A stretch of DNA of 64,000 nucleotides, from the NCBI GenBank assembly GCA_031414775.1, contig JANOQI010000016.1, positions 64,001-128,000 on the forward strand, read 5' to 3'. The notes beneath the pieces were generated by a model, which worked only from the letters and a program-made list of their open reading frames with translations, searched no databases and had not been told where the DNA came from. Origin of the DNA: Synechococcales cyanobacterium VAR_4_metabat_354 (lineage in GTDB: Bacteria > Cyanobacteriota > Cyanobacteriia > Cyanobacteriales > Chamaesiphonaceae). A program made the position numbers and the translations under genes. Below, piece by piece: positions 48,666-58,905 of the stretch; the first letter of the stretch is position 1, and each line of letters begins with the position of its first letter.

Positions 48666-49112
48666 ATGTCTGAATGGATTGAGCATACTGTCCAAGTTGA
48701 ACTAGAAGTTCCGATCGATCATGTCTGGGATCTGTGGTCGGATCTAGAACTAATGCCCACCTGGATGAAGTGGATAGAATCAGTAAAAATTTTAGAGGAT
48801 AATCCCGAACTATCCCGTTGGAAGCTGGCTACCAACACCCTAGAATTCACCTGGCTGTCGAGAATTCTCAAAACTACTACCCACCAAATTATTCAGTGGG
48901 AATCGGTGGATGGCTTACCCAATCGTGGTGCTATTCGTTTTTATGAACGAGATACTAGTAGTATTGTAAAGCTGACCGTTGGCTACTCTGTGCCCGGGTT
49001 TTTGGCACTGCTCATGGACAATGGCTTTATTCGCAAAGCCGTAGAGTCCACTCTGCAAGCAGATTTAGACCGATTCAAAGTCTATGCTCTGAGTAGTAAG
49101 CCTCAACCATAA
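48666..49112 (+). CDS. SRPBCC/polyketide-cyclase family protein
   Basis: WSDLELMPTWMKWI, IQWESVDGLPNRGAIRF, directly downstream of zds. Confidence 0.88.
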   Translation: MSEWIEHTVQVELEVPIDHVWDLWSDLELMPTWMKWIESVKILEDNPELSRWKLATNTLEFTWLSRILKTTTHQIIQWESVDGLPNRGAIRFYERDTSSIVKLTVGYSVPGFLALLMDNGFIRKAVESTLQADLDRFKVYALSSKPQP

Positions 49113-49187
49113 TTATTAGAACGGATAACCTTTGCTATAGTCTGATAGTGTCTATGGCAAAATTTACGCATTTCCTTTTCTTTAAAT

Positions 49188-51221
49188 ATGAAATATAAAT
49201 CACTATCGCTAGCCATTGTTACGTTGTTTTGGGGAACCCAACAGTCTATGCTCTTAGCGGCCAGTCCCCGCTCTGTGGAAACCGTAACCTGTGACATTTT
49301 GGTAGCTGGTGGTGGTTTAAGTGGGACAGCAACAGCCTATGAGGCGTTGCTAGCTGGGAAAACGGTTTGCATGACAGAAATTACCGACTGGGTGGGGGGT
49401 CAAGTTTCAGCGCAGGGTACGTCGGCTTTAGATGAACGCCCTACCCAACGCAAAAAAGGATTTTTTCCCAGAGGCTATAAAGAATTTCGCCAAGGCATCA
49501 AAGATTATTATGGCAAGCTCAATCCCGGCGATTGCTGGGTGAGCGAATCTTGCTTTATGCCCGCCGATGGCCACCAAATTTTGACTAAAATGCTGACAAC
49601 AGCTGCCAGCAAAGGTCAAGGTAAATTAAAGTGGTTTCCCAATACCGTCATCAAAGACCTAAAAGTTGTGCCCAAAGGCCAGGGTCAACAAATTGTGTCA
49701 GCGATCGCTATTCAGCACAGTCCCCAAATAGGAACACCCCCGCTCAACACCAAACCGCTTTCTCAGACAATTACTGATGCCTATAACTACGAAGATTCAG
49801 CCCTGTTTCGGAAGAAAGTAATTCAGTTTGCGCCAGCCAAAAGCAACCAAAAAGCTGCCGATTGGTATGTAGTAGAAGCTACTGAAACTGGTGAATTAAT
49901 TGGCTTGGCCGATGTCCCCTATCGCCTAGGTCTGGACCCACAGAGTTATGCCGAACCTTCCTCTCCGAGCAAAGTTAATGATGCCTATTGCACCCAGGGC
50001 TTTACTTACCCTTTTGCAATGGAAACTACCGATCTGCCTCAGAAACAGGTGGAACCCAGTTTTTACAAAAAGTATGAGCCGTACTATAGCTATGAAAAAC
50101 AAAAACTAGCGGACTTTGGCTTGGTTTATAGTTATCGTCGGATCAAGGGTGGCGGCAAGGTGCAAAAAGCCAAGATGGGCAGCATCGAATATACAGTGCC
50201 AGCTACCGGCGATATTTCGATGCAGAACTGGACTTGGGGAAATGACTATCGCCCCGGCAGCGCTCAGGACAATTTGATTTTAGATAAAGCGCAGTTACAA
50301 GCCAGCAATCAGTTGCAACCAGGTGGTTGGATGGGCGGTTTGCGGCCAGAGACGCTCCAAAAAGGTGAAGAAATTGCCCAGGGTTTTTACTATTGGTTAG
50401 CGACGGGCACTACAGATAGTCATGCCCAGGCTGATCCCCTAGCACTAGGCAGTTGGCGGAAAAGCACTAGCCTCAATCAGCGCTATTTAAAAGGGTTGAA
50501 ATCACCAATGGGAACGGCTCACGGTCTGTCAAAATATCCTTATATTCGAGAAGGGCGACGGATTATTGGGCGACCCAGTTTTGGCTATAGTGCCGGCTTT
50601 TCCGTTAATGAAGTGGATATTTCCCGCAATGATCTCTGGACACCAGAACGGCTGGCCAAGTTATCGGAGTCCGATCGACGGTTACTGGGTGCCACACTAG
50701 CTGGGTTTGAAGGACTCGATCGAATCATTGCTAAAGATGTCCCAGTCAAGTTAAATCAACGTCAACGGGCAACGGTTTACGCTGATTCAGTGGGTATCGG
50801 GCACTATGCAATCGACTTCCACCCTTGTATGCAAAACAGTCCGGTAGAGACGATTAAAAATCAGGAACGAGCTGGTGGCCGAAATGGTGAGGGGCAAGCT
50901 TATCCTTTCCAAGTACCGCTACGAGCCATGATTCCGCAAAAAATTGATAATATGTTGGTGGCGGGTAAGAGTATCGCTACTAGTCATGTGGCGGCAGCGG
51001 CTTACCGAGTGCATTCTTTTGAGTGGTCGGTAGGGGCAGCAGCAGGGACGGCGGCAGTTTTCGCAATGGAAAAAGGAATTATGCCTTATGAATTGGTGCA
51101 GAATTTGCCGAAGCCGGTACCCCAGATGCAAGAGCTGCGGAAGCGCTTAGAGTCGCAGAATAATCCTACGATGTTTCCAGGAACTTCTATTCTTAATAAC
51201 AATTGGAAGGACTGGAAGTAA
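49188..51221 (+). CDS. exported FAD-dependent oxidoreductase
   Basis: Signal-like N-terminus, VAGGGLSG, TDWVGGQVSAQG, PYIREGRR, PFQVPLRAMIP, AAYRVHSFEW. Confidence 0.85.
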   Translation: MKYKSLSLAIVTLFWGTQQSMLLAASPRSVETVTCDILVAGGGLSGTATAYEALLAGKTVCMTEITDWVGGQVSAQGTSALDERPTQRKKGFFPRGYKEFRQGIKDYYGKLNPGDCWVSESCFMPADGHQILTKMLTTAASKGQGKLKWFPNTVIKDLKVVPKGQGQQIVSAIAIQHSPQIGTPPLNTKPLSQTITDAYNYEDSALFRKKVIQFAPAKSNQKAADWYVVEATETGELIGLADVPYRLGLDPQSYAEPSSPSKVNDAYCTQGFTYPFAMETTDLPQKQVEPSFYKKYEPYYSYEKQKLADFGLVYSYRRIKGGGKVQKAKMGSIEYTVPATGDISMQNWTWGNDYRPGSAQDNLILDKAQLQASNQLQPGGWMGGLRPETLQKGEEIAQGFYYWLATGTTDSHAQADPLALGSWRKSTSLNQRYLKGLKSPMGTAHGLSKYPYIREGRRIIGRPSFGYSAGFSVNEVDISRNDLWTPERLAKLSESDRRLLGATLAGFEGLDRIIAKDVPVKLNQRQRATVYADSVGIGHYAIDFHPCMQNSPVETIKNQERAGGRNGEGQAYPFQVPLRAMIPQKIDNMLVAGKSIATSHVAAAAYRVHSFEWSVGAAAGTAAVFAMEKGIMPYELVQNLPKPVPQMQELRKRLESQNNPTMFPGTSILNNNWKDWK

Positions 51222-51257
51222 GAAAGAGGTTGATAGTTGGGGAGCAATCGATCTCAA

Positions 51258-51677
51258 TTACCGGTTGACTTGGCCTGACAGATAACTATACCAATCCGTC
51301 GCGATCGATACATCTGTAAAAGGAATACTGACCTTGGTATTGTTTTTGATGAATAGATCGATCGCAATGGATTTACCCCGCTCCGGCAGACTTGGATCAT
51401 CCAAACTAAAAGACTCACCATCAATACATAGCTTGATTTCTTGCACATTTGATATTTGGACAGATTGCAGATCGATCGGCTCCTGCCGAGTTGGTTTGCC
51501 CCAAGTCAGCTGATCATCTTTTTGGCCGAGCGCCGCATAGACATCATACTTAGACCTGTCGAACTGTCCCGCCCAGCGCTCATAGGCTTGCAATTTTTGG
51601 TATTCATTCCAGCCTGCCCAAGCCAGCCAAAAGAAGGCTACGAGTAACGGCAGCCACATTAATCCACGTTGCATCAC
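51258..51677 (-). CDS. hypothetical membrane-anchored protein
   Basis: RGLMWLPLL..FFWLAWAGWNEYQK...SKYDVYA...TWGKPTR. Confidence 0.75.
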   Translation of the reverse strand: MMQRGLMWLPLLVAFFWLAWAGWNEYQKLQAYERWAGQFDRSKYDVYAALGQKDDQLTWGKPTRQEPIDLQSVQISNVQEIKLCIDGESFSLDDPSLPERGKSIAIDLFIKNNTKVSIPFTDVSIATDWYSYLSGQVNR

Positions 51678-52270
51678 ATCTCCAGTTCAGAGCCTTTCTC
51701 TATTGTAAATATAATATCTTCATAAACCTGCTCGATGGGGAAAGTCAATTTGACGCTGGTCAGCTCCACTACATCCCCTGGCTCATAGTCAATAATACGC
51801 CAGTTATCGTCACCAGTCTTGCGAAATAATTCGATTGCCATCGTCTCAGAATCAACCAGAGCATATTCTTGCACAATAGGATTACGCCGATATAGTTTGA
51901 ATTTATTTCCTCGGTCATAAGCTTCAGTAGAAGAGGAGAGTACTTCGATGATCAGGCAGGGATAGGTGATGTATTGGGGAGTGTTCTTATCTCTCTCGTC
52001 ACAGGTAACACTCACATCAGGATAAACGTAATTAGATGATGCCACAATATTCACTCGGGCATCAGAATTGAGTGTTCGGCAACCGCTTCCGCGCAGATGA
52101 TTTCCTAGCAATCGATTAAAATTTGAAGCAATCTGACTATGGTTGATCGTGCCGCCAGTCATCGCATAGACCTCGCCATTGATGTACTCATGGCGAACTG
52201 GCTGCTTCTCCTCCCAGGCAAAGTACTCTTCGGGGGTAAATCTAGGGAAATGTTCTTTAGCAGCAATCAT
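51674..52270 (-). CDS. Uma2 family endonuclease
   Basis: RHEYINGEVYAMTGG..NH, YVYPDVSV, IIEVLS.STEAYDRGNKF. Confidence 0.92.
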   Translation of the reverse strand: MIAAKEHFPRFTPEEYFAWEEKQPVRHEYINGEVYAMTGGTINHSQIASNFNRLLGNHLRGSGCRTLNSDARVNIVASSNYVYPDVSVTCDERDKNTPQYITYPCLIIEVLSSSTEAYDRGNKFKLYRRNPIVQEYALVDSETMAIELFRKTGDDNWRIIDYEPGDVVELTSVKLTFPIEQVYEDIIFTIEKGSELEM

Positions 52271-52368
52271 GTTAAAACTTCCAAAGCATTGAACTGACTG
52301 GTTTTCGACCTTCATATTATATCACTAGTCTGATTTGTGAATAATATGTGCAAATGCATAATCTCACC

Positions 52369-52394
52369 AAAAAAGCCCGCTAAATGCGGGCTTT
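52369..52394 (-). terminator. intrinsic terminator of typA
   Basis: AAAGCCCGC-taaat-GCGGGCTTT hairpin with a U-tract on the minus strand, just after the typA stop. Confidence 0.85.
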
Positions 52395-52431
52395 GACATT
52401 TTTATAGTTCAGATTTCCGAACCGAAATAAT

Positions 52432-54219
52432 TTAGCGCTTGACTAACTTCTTGGATAGCTTCCGTAGCCGGATTGACTCCGGAGTTACTTCCACCATTTC
52501 ATCAGGTCCGATGTACTCTAAAGCCCGTTCGAGGTTCATATCGATCGGAGCCTGCAATTGCACAAGTTCTTCCCCACCCGAAGCCCGGTGGTTAGTAAGC
52601 TGCTTGCTCTTACAGATATTCAGCTCCATATCTTGACCCCGGTTGTTTTCCCCGATGATCATGCCCTTATAGACCTTAGTCCCCGGCTTAATAAAGAACG
52701 TACCGCGATCCTCGGCACCCATCAGCGAATAGTCAGTCGCCACCCCTTCTTCAAAAGAAATGAGAACTCCATTGCGGCGGGCTGTAATTTCACCACAAAT
52801 TGGGCGATATTCTAAAAAGCTATGGTTCATGATGCCGTCGCCCCTGGTGGCGCGCATAAAGTCACCCCGGAAACCAATTAAGCCCCGTGCCGGTACCACA
52901 AATTCTAGGATCGATCGACCGTTAGAGGCCATCATATTTTGCATTTCGGCTTTGCGCTGACCAAGACGTTCGACGCAACCACCAACGGCTTCTTCGGGCA
53001 CGTCTAAGGCAAGCAACTCGTAAGGCTCACATTTTTGACCGTTAATTTCCCGATAAATTACTTGCGGCTGAGATACTTGGAATTCGTATCCTTCCCGGCG
53101 CATAGTTTCAATCAGAATGCCCAAGTGCAATTCACCCCGGCCAGAAACAGAAAGTTTGTCAGGTGAATCAGTTTCTTCGACGCGCAGTGCCACGTTGGTG
53201 TCTAGTTCTTTGAATAGTCGATCGCGCACTTGGCGAGAAGTCACCAGCTTGCCTTCTTGACCAGCAAACGGTGAGTCGTTGACACAGAAGGTCATTTGCA
53301 AAGTAGGTTCATCTACTTTGATCATGGGCAATGCCAAAGGTTCATCTGGGCAAGCGATGGTTTCGCCAATGTTGGCATCAGCAAACCCAGCCACGGCAAT
53401 GATATTGCCAGCACTAGCCGATGGGATATCAATCCGTTTCAAGCCTTCAAAGCCCATCAGCTTACTGATTTTGCCCTTCAGGATTGAGCCATCTTCGCGC
53501 AGTAATGAGGCTTGTTGACCCATTTTGATAGTGCCGTTATGCACTTTCCCAATCACGATCCGACCTAAATAATCGGAGTAGTCGATGGTGGTAACTTGCA
53601 GTTGCAGGGGCTTTTCCGAATCACCGACTGGGGGTGGTACGTGGCGTAAGATAGCATTGAAGAGCGGTTCCATGGTGGTGCTTTCTTCTTCTAGCTTGTC
53701 TTTGGCAAAGCCAGAGATACCAGAAGCAAACAGGTGCGGGAAGTCGCACTGGTCATCGTCAGCACCGAGTTCGACGAATAGATCGAATACTTTATCTACT
53801 GCCGCATCAGGTTCAGCCGAAGGTCGATCGATCTTATTGACTACCACAATTGGGCGCAAGCCTTTAGCCAATGCTTTGGTCAAGACAAAGCGGGTCTGAG
53901 GCATCGGGCCTTCGTTGGCATCGACGATTAAAATACAGCCATCTACCATACCTAATACCCGTTCGACTTCGCCACCAAAGTCAGCGTGTCCAGGGGTATC
54001 GATGATGTTGATCAGGGTATCTTTGTACCGGACGGCGGTGTTCTTAGACAGAATTGTAATACCACGTTCACGCTCGATGTCGTTGGAATCCATCACGCAG
54101 GTAGGCACTTCTTCGCCCTCGCGGAAAATTCCAGACTGTTTGAGCAATGCATCAACGAGGGTTGTTTTACCGTGGTCTACGTGGGCGATAATCGCAACGT
54201 TACGAATGGGAATCGTCAT
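52432..54219 (-). CDS. typA: translational GTPase TypA/BipA
   Basis: [54 protein letters not shown]. Confidence 0.97.
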   Translation of the reverse strand: MTIPIRNVAIIAHVDHGKTTLVDALLKQSGIFREGEEVPTCVMDSNDIERERGITILSKNTAVRYKDTLINIIDTPGHADFGGEVERVLGMVDGCILIVDANEGPMPQTRFVLTKALAKGLRPIVVVNKIDRPSAEPDAAVDKVFDLFVELGADDDQCDFPHLFASGISGFAKDKLEEESTTMEPLFNAILRHVPPPVGDSEKPLQLQVTTIDYSDYLGRIVIGKVHNGTIKMGQQASLLREDGSILKGKISKLMGFEGLKRIDIPSASAGNIIAVAGFADANIGETIACPDEPLALPMIKVDEPTLQMTFCVNDSPFAGQEGKLVTSRQVRDRLFKELDTNVALRVEETDSPDKLSVSGRGELHLGILIETMRREGYEFQVSQPQVIYREINGQKCEPYELLALDVPEEAVGGCVERLGQRKAEMQNMMASNGRSILEFVVPARGLIGFRGDFMRATRGDGIMNHSFLEYRPICGEITARRNGVLISFEEGVATDYSLMGAEDRGTFFIKPGTKVYKGMIIGENNRGQDMELNICKSKQLTNHRASGGEELVQLQAPIDMNLERALEYIGPDEMVEVTPESIRLRKLSKKLVKR

Positions 54220-54429
54220 AAATTAAAGAGAAGAAACTCGCAATATGAATTTTTGTGCTATCGATCGAAGGATTGTGAACAATCATTTACAATTCTACCT
54301 TATGACTTTGGCTTAGGGATTAGCTTTTGGTCAGAGTAAAAAACATTTCGCGATCCCCAGCGGCTTTTTGGTGAGTGGTGGGCAGCAGAAAGAACATATT
54401 ATTTGAAAAAACAAATTATTTTAAAACCT

Positions 54430-55599
54430 ATGGATGTCAGCCAAGCCGTTCAAAAACTCTACGATACCTATCCCTTCCCCCCGGATCCGCTGCTGGATGA
54501 AGTACCACCGGGCTATAACTGGCGCTGGCAATGGCAAGCCTCCCATAGTTTTTGCTTGGGGCAAATGGCTGCCAAGTCGGATGTGCGGATTTTGGACGCG
54601 GGTTGTGGAACGGGCGTGAGTACCGAATATTTGGTACATCTCAACCCTCAAGCTAACGTAGTGGCGATCGATATCAGTGCCGGGACTTTAGCTGTGGCCA
54701 AGGAACGTTGTCGGCGGTCAGGAGCCGAGCGGGTGGAATTTCACCACATGAGTCTCTTTGACGTCGATCAGCTGCCTGGTGAGTTTGATTTAATTAATTC
54801 TGTGGGAGTTTTACACCATACTGCTGACCCCAAAGGCGGTATCCAAGCCCTGGCCAAAAAACTAGCACCCGGTGGCTTGCTGCATATTTTTGTCTATGGC
54901 GAGGTGGGACGTTGGGAAATCAGCTTGATGCAAAAAGCGATCGCGATGCTTCAAGGTAACAAAAAAGGTGACTATACCGACGGGGTAAAAGTTGGTCGGG
55001 AAATCTTTGCCAATTTACCAGAAACAAATCGCCTGGTAACTCGGGAGAAATCCCGCTGGGCACTAGAAAATCATCGTGATGAATGCTTTGCGGATATGTA
55101 TGTACATCCTCAAGAAATTGACTACAATGCAGAAACGATTTTTGAACTAATTGATGCGGCGGGTTTGGAGTTTATGGGTTTCTCTAATCCGCAGTTTTGG
55201 CAGCTAGAAAGGTTGCTGGGTAAAGCACCAGACTTGATGGAACGGGCGGCGGGATTAAGTGGTAGACAACGTTATCGATTAATTGAGTTGCTTGATCCAG
55301 AAGTTACTCACTATGAATTTTTCTTGGGTAAACCACCACTAACAAAAGCGGATTGGTCACAGGATCAAAATCTATTAACAGCGATACCGGAGCGGCATCC
55401 TTGTATGGAGGGTTGGCCAAGTCGGAGTTTCTTTAATTTTGATTATCAAATTGTTCATGTGGATGATGCGGAGTTTGCCTTTCTTTCAGCTTGTAATGCT
55501 CAGAGGTCAGTGCAAGATTTGTTAGCGGAGACTGGAATTGATTTGGGGGGAGTTCGATCGCTCCAGCAAAAGCAATTAATCATGCTGAAAGCTACTTAA
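54430..55599 (+). CDS. class I SAM-dependent methyltransferase
   Basis: YDTYPFPP, ILDAGCGTG, SVGVLHH, FADMYVHPQE. Confidence 0.88.
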   Translation: MDVSQAVQKLYDTYPFPPDPLLDEVPPGYNWRWQWQASHSFCLGQMAAKSDVRILDAGCGTGVSTEYLVHLNPQANVVAIDISAGTLAVAKERCRRSGAERVEFHHMSLFDVDQLPGEFDLINSVGVLHHTADPKGGIQALAKKLAPGGLLHIFVYGEVGRWEISLMQKAIAMLQGNKKGDYTDGVKVGREIFANLPETNRLVTREKSRWALENHRDECFADMYVHPQEIDYNAETIFELIDAAGLEFMGFSNPQFWQLERLLGKAPDLMERAAGLSGRQRYRLIELLDPEVTHYEFFLGKPPLTKADWSQDQNLLTAIPERHPCMEGWPSRSFFNFDYQIVHVDDAEFAFLSACNAQRSVQDLLAETGIDLGGVRSLQQKQLIMLKAT

Positions 55600-55641
55600 A
55601 ATTTGGATTTTGCAGTCTTGGTATAACCGAAGAATAACTAT

Positions 55642-55717
55642 TTGGATTTGGATATTGTTGAGCTTCATTAGGCGACAGGTGTCGCGGAGGATGCTCGATC
55701 GGCAGGTTACAATAGAT
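55642..55717. repeat. 76-bp repeat, copy 1 (copy 2 at 57955-58030)
   Basis: TTGGATTTGGATATTGTTGAGCTTCATT.GGCGACAGGT.TCGCGGAGGAT.CTCGATC...AGGTTA.AATAGAT occurs twice. The minus strand reads SILRDTCRLMKLNNIQIQ. Confidence 0.9.
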
Positions 55718-55746
55718 ATCAGATAGAGAGTTGGCCATACATAATG

Positions 55747-56373
55747 TTATGGGATGTTGGATGATTGGTACTGTTGCCACGCTTTTAAGCCTTCATAAAA
55801 AATCTGAAAGCTTTTGGATCTATTGATTTCTGGATTCATATACTGTGCAATATCTCGCGCTGCTTTTGGTTTATCCAATCCCCCCTGATGATACCTTGCC
55901 CTTTGCAATATACGTTCTAAAGCTTCCCATGTCCCACCTTGAATTGCATCAGGGTCACTGTACTTTTTTTGTTGAGTCAGACTAGACTTAACACCAGGAT
56001 AAGCTTTTACAATTGCATCAACATCTCCAAAGAACCATGATTCTAATTCCTCGATCATAATTCTATTTAAGACTTGAAAACACTCATTATCTTTCGTTTT
56101 AGTAATAAATCCAGTATCGGTAGCTATATCTTCTAATTTTTGCTTGAGTTCCCTACAATCTTGATCATCACGATCAATTAAAACAACAATTAACCAATCA
56201 TCGGGTATCCATGCTTTATAACCTTTTAATCGGTCTGGTAATTTTTTGAGCAAGTCTGACTTACCACTAAAGTTACGCACTTGATATTGTGTTTCAGGAG
56301 CTAGACATGAAGGCAAAAGTTCCTTTAGAGCTTCACCTCCAGAGTAATCCTCAATTAGAAATTCAATGTGCAT
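55747..56373 (-). CDS. DUF4276 family (TOPRIM-like) protein
   Basis: EFLIEDYS, GKSDLLKKLPDRLKGY, VLIDRDD, EELESWFFGD, NRSKSF. Starts 3 bp after the ATPase stop. Confidence 0.85.
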   Translation of the reverse strand: MHIEFLIEDYSGGEALKELLPSCLAPETQYQVRNFSGKSDLLKKLPDRLKGYKAWIPDDWLIVVLIDRDDQDCRELKQKLEDIATDTGFITKTKDNECFQVLNRIMIEELESWFFGDVDAIVKAYPGVKSSLTQQKKYSDPDAIQGGTWEALERILQRARYHQGGLDKPKAARDIAQYMNPEINRSKSFQIFYEGLKAWQQYQSSNIP

Positions 56374-56376
56374 TGA

Positions 56377-57600
56377 CTATTTCCGAATAGACTTTAGAGT
56401 GGAGCCGCCAGCATTTGTCAGAGGATCACCTACATCGAAATAGTTTTCCATCCACAAATTGCCTAAAGTTGCACCATTATTCATAAATTCTTTTATTCCT
56501 TGCATATCCGAGGTTCTTTTTGCTTGAGTGTAACCTTGCTCATCACGATATAGTACCCAAACTTCCTCTGGCTTGAGTGAATCTATGAAAAAAGGTGAAT
56601 GTGTTGTGACCATTAATTGACTCCGAGCAGAAGCTGCTCGACATTCACCAGCTAATTCTGGAAGTAGACGCGGATGCAATTGATTTTCAGGCTCTTCAAT
56701 ACCGATTAATTGAGGTGGATCTGGGTCATAGAGTACGGCTAGATATGCAAGCATCTTTAGCGTACCATCAGAGGCAAATTTAGCTAGGATTGGGCGTTCA
56801 AATGGTGCATCCTTAACTTGCAAAAGTAACCGTCCATCCTGCATCATTTCAGCATCAACTCTTTCTAGCCTTGGTATTTTTTTAGATAGCGTGTTTAGAA
56901 TTTTCTCTAGAGATTGAGGATGTTGTTCTTTCAAATATTGAATCACATTTGGTAAGTTATCCCCGGTAGCGGAGAGCCGTTCTTGTGGATCAGCTTCTGG
57001 TGTATCACGAGTATTGTCAGCAGTGAGATAAGAAAGATACCAGCCTGTGATAAATTGTCTCAGCGCACTGACGCGAGGATGTTTTGTAAATTGTCCTAAA
57101 GTATTTACGGCTAAAACATCAGGGGCATTTAATTGTTCAGGAATTCGAGTGCCTTGCTCATCAGGAGTATCACCAGTGATGACTTCTCCCGAACCTTCTT
57201 TAAAGTATAAAAATCTAAAAGGCTGCCCTTTACTACCTCTCCGCCACTGCAACCATTCTTCAGCAACATAGGAGCCTTTACTATTTTCATCAATCGCCAG
57301 ATGATATGTAATTATAGGAGATTTACTTTTTTCTCGATACTTTAGTTCAATTATGATTGGTTCAGCAACACCGCGAGTGCGTAATTCTCGAAACCTACCT
57401 CGTTTATCCCAAGCGCGGCGCAGCCCAGATTGAAAGCATTCAGATAGAAATGCAAAGACATCAAAGATGGTAGATTTACCACTACCATTAGGACCAAGAA
57501 ATACTGTCAATGGAGTAATATCTTTAAGCTCTAGCTCTTTGATTGCACGGTAGTTACAAATCTTGAGATATTCAATTCTTGGGACGGCTAGCTTGGACAT
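56377..57600 (-). CDS. ABC-type (AAA_21/RecF-SMC-like) ATPase
   Basis: GPNGSGKST, signature-like ASDGTLKML, Walker [12 protein letters not shown]-loop TTHSPF. Confidence 0.9.
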   Translation of the reverse strand: MSKLAVPRIEYLKICNYRAIKELELKDITPLTVFLGPNGSGKSTIFDVFAFLSECFQSGLRRAWDKRGRFRELRTRGVAEPIIIELKYREKSKSPIITYHLAIDENSKGSYVAEEWLQWRRGSKGQPFRFLYFKEGSGEVITGDTPDEQGTRIPEQLNAPDVLAVNTLGQFTKHPRVSALRQFITGWYLSYLTADNTRDTPEADPQERLSATGDNLPNVIQYLKEQHPQSLEKILNTLSKKIPRLERVDAEMMQDGRLLLQVKDAPFERPILAKFASDGTLKMLAYLAVLYDPDPPQLIGIEEPENQLHPRLLPELAGECRAASARSQLMVTTHSPFFIDSLKPEEVWVLYRDEQGYTQAKRTSDMQGIKEFMNNGATLGNLWMENYFDVGDPLTNAGGSTLKSIRK

Positions 57601-57703
57601 TAAAGTTCAAAATTAAATCAATTATTGATCGGGATTCTTTGTTTTGGATCCTAAAAACTTGAATCTCTCAAAACCTCAACATCCAAAATTTATGCTTTTC
57701 TAT

Positions 57704-58013
57704 CTACTTTGATAGAATTTGCTCTAGAATTGTCGGGTCTTGAATTTCCTTATCCTCCGCTAATAGTAACACCTTCGACATGATCTCCGCCGTCTTCGGA
57801 TCGTCATCCACAAATGGTAAAAACAACCGTCCGCGATGCGGGGAACTGACAGGGAGAATGCAGAGGGCACCGCCTGGTTGCCGATGAACGATCGCACTGC
57901 CTAAAATGTATCGAATAGGTACCGATTGCGCCTTTAAATTAGAGCGTGGCTGCCTTGGATTTGGATATTGTTGAGCTTCATTCGGCGACAGGTTTCGCGG
58001 AGGATTCTCGATC
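57704..58013 (-). pseudogene. frameshifted 3'-terminal fragment of a large DUF4132-type protein
   Basis: With two +1 frameshifts it reads RILRETCRRMKLNNIQIQGSHALI/KGAIGTYSIH/LGSAIVHRQPGGALCILPV...RGRLFLPFVDDDPKTAEIMSKVLLLAEDKEIQDPTILEQI. Confidence 0.7.
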
Positions 58014-58054
58014 AATAGGTTAAAATAGATCCTAGGCAAATAGCAAAGGATGGC

Positions 58055-58252
58055 ATGTCAATGCTGACTCTACTCGATCGCATTAATCAAAAGCTGCCAC
58101 AAGTCCCCGAATCAGTTTTGGAGCAAGTTTGGACGATTCTTAACGCTGCTAATGAAAATGACGAACTGTATGCTGAATTCGAGCGTTGGGAAGCCGCCAG
58201 CGATGAAGATGAAGCTCAAATGGAAACAATGTTGGCAACCAAAGGTGTGTAA
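58055..58252 (+). CDS. putative antitoxin (small acidic protein upstream of MazF/PemK toxin)
   Basis: 65 aa with an AAGGA RBS and an acidic C-terminus (WEAASDED). Its stop abuts the toxin ATG. Confidence 0.65.
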   Translation: MSMLTLLDRINQKLPQVPESVLEQVWTILNAANENDELYAEFERWEAASDEDEAQMETMLATKGV

Positions 58253-58471
58253 ATGGCTAGAGGAGATATTTTATTAGTCACTTTACCTGAATCTGATAAA
58301 CGGGAGGAAAAAGGAACTCGCCCAGCAATTGCAGTTCAAGCGGATGATGAGCAATCACCAATGTTGATGGTAATTCCGCTTACGTCTTCAGCAGGAGCAT
58401 CACGCTTTGCTTTCACTGTAGAAATACAGCCATCAGAATTGAATGGGTTGACTCTACCATCTGTCGCAATG
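58253..58471 (+). pseudogene. truncated PemK/MazF family toxin
   Basis: RGDILLV...EEKGTRPAIAVQ...VIPLTS...NGLTLPSVAM. The ORF then runs into antisense repeat sequence instead of the MazF C-terminus. Confidence 0.75.
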
Positions 58472-58478
58472 AAGAGCC

Positions 58479-58633
58479 GAATTTCCTTGTCCTTCGCTAA
58501 CAGCAACACCTTCGACATAATCTCTGCCGTCTTCGGATCGTCATCCACAAATGGTAAAAATAGCCGTCCGCGATGCTGGGAACTGACGGGGAGAATGCAG
58601 AGGGCACCGCCTGGTTGCCGATGAACGATCGCA
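58479..58633. repeat. 155-bp repeat, copy 2 (copy 1 at 57742-57896)
   Basis: Near-identical GAATTTCCTT...CCGATGAACGATCGCA. The minus strand encodes IVHRQPGGALC...DDDPKTAEIMSKVLLLA. Confidence 0.92.
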
Positions 58634-58905
58634 TGGTAACCAAGCTATAGTGCTATACCCATGGCCTATCACTATCCCGTTAAGGACGAAGCATGTCTGG
58701 TTGTCATCACCGCATCCATCAATTCAAACGTTGCATCCTTTGCTTTGGTTAACAACTGGTGTATTTCTTGACGGAAGGTCTGCAATAGTTCAAAGTTCAT
58801 GACGGGGAAGGTGATGATTAGTTTTCACCTTTATCGTCTTCCCTAGAGGTAGCTTTGGTTGATACCTTGGCTACCTTTGACTTTTTTGGTTAGTCTAAAC
58901 TCCAG
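58634..58905 (-). mobile_element. IS remnant (IS701-like DDE transposase, internally deleted, one end retained)
   Basis: Putative end CTGGAGTTTAGACT at 58905. ATG 58800 gives MNFELLQTFRQEIHQLLTKAKDATFELMDAVMTTR, followed by an out-of-frame mid-transposase motif VIGHGYSTIAW. Confidence 0.7.

Noticed and set aside
52439..54339. Numerous 60-120 aa antisense ORFs over typA (and likewise over dnaE, aspS and the sugar genes)
   Set aside because: These are expected shadows of long conserved genes and have no independent coding evidence.
55592..55780. 62-aa ORF sharing PPR.LSPNEAQQYPNP with the 57704 ORF, as a small protein family
   Set aside because: The similarity comes from the 76-bp DNA repeat read in a non-native frame.
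57704..58039. ORF-track 111-aa protein as a real gene
   Set aside because: Its N-terminal third is an out-of-frame reading. The conserved-looking sequence needs two frameshifts, so it is a pseudogene fragment.
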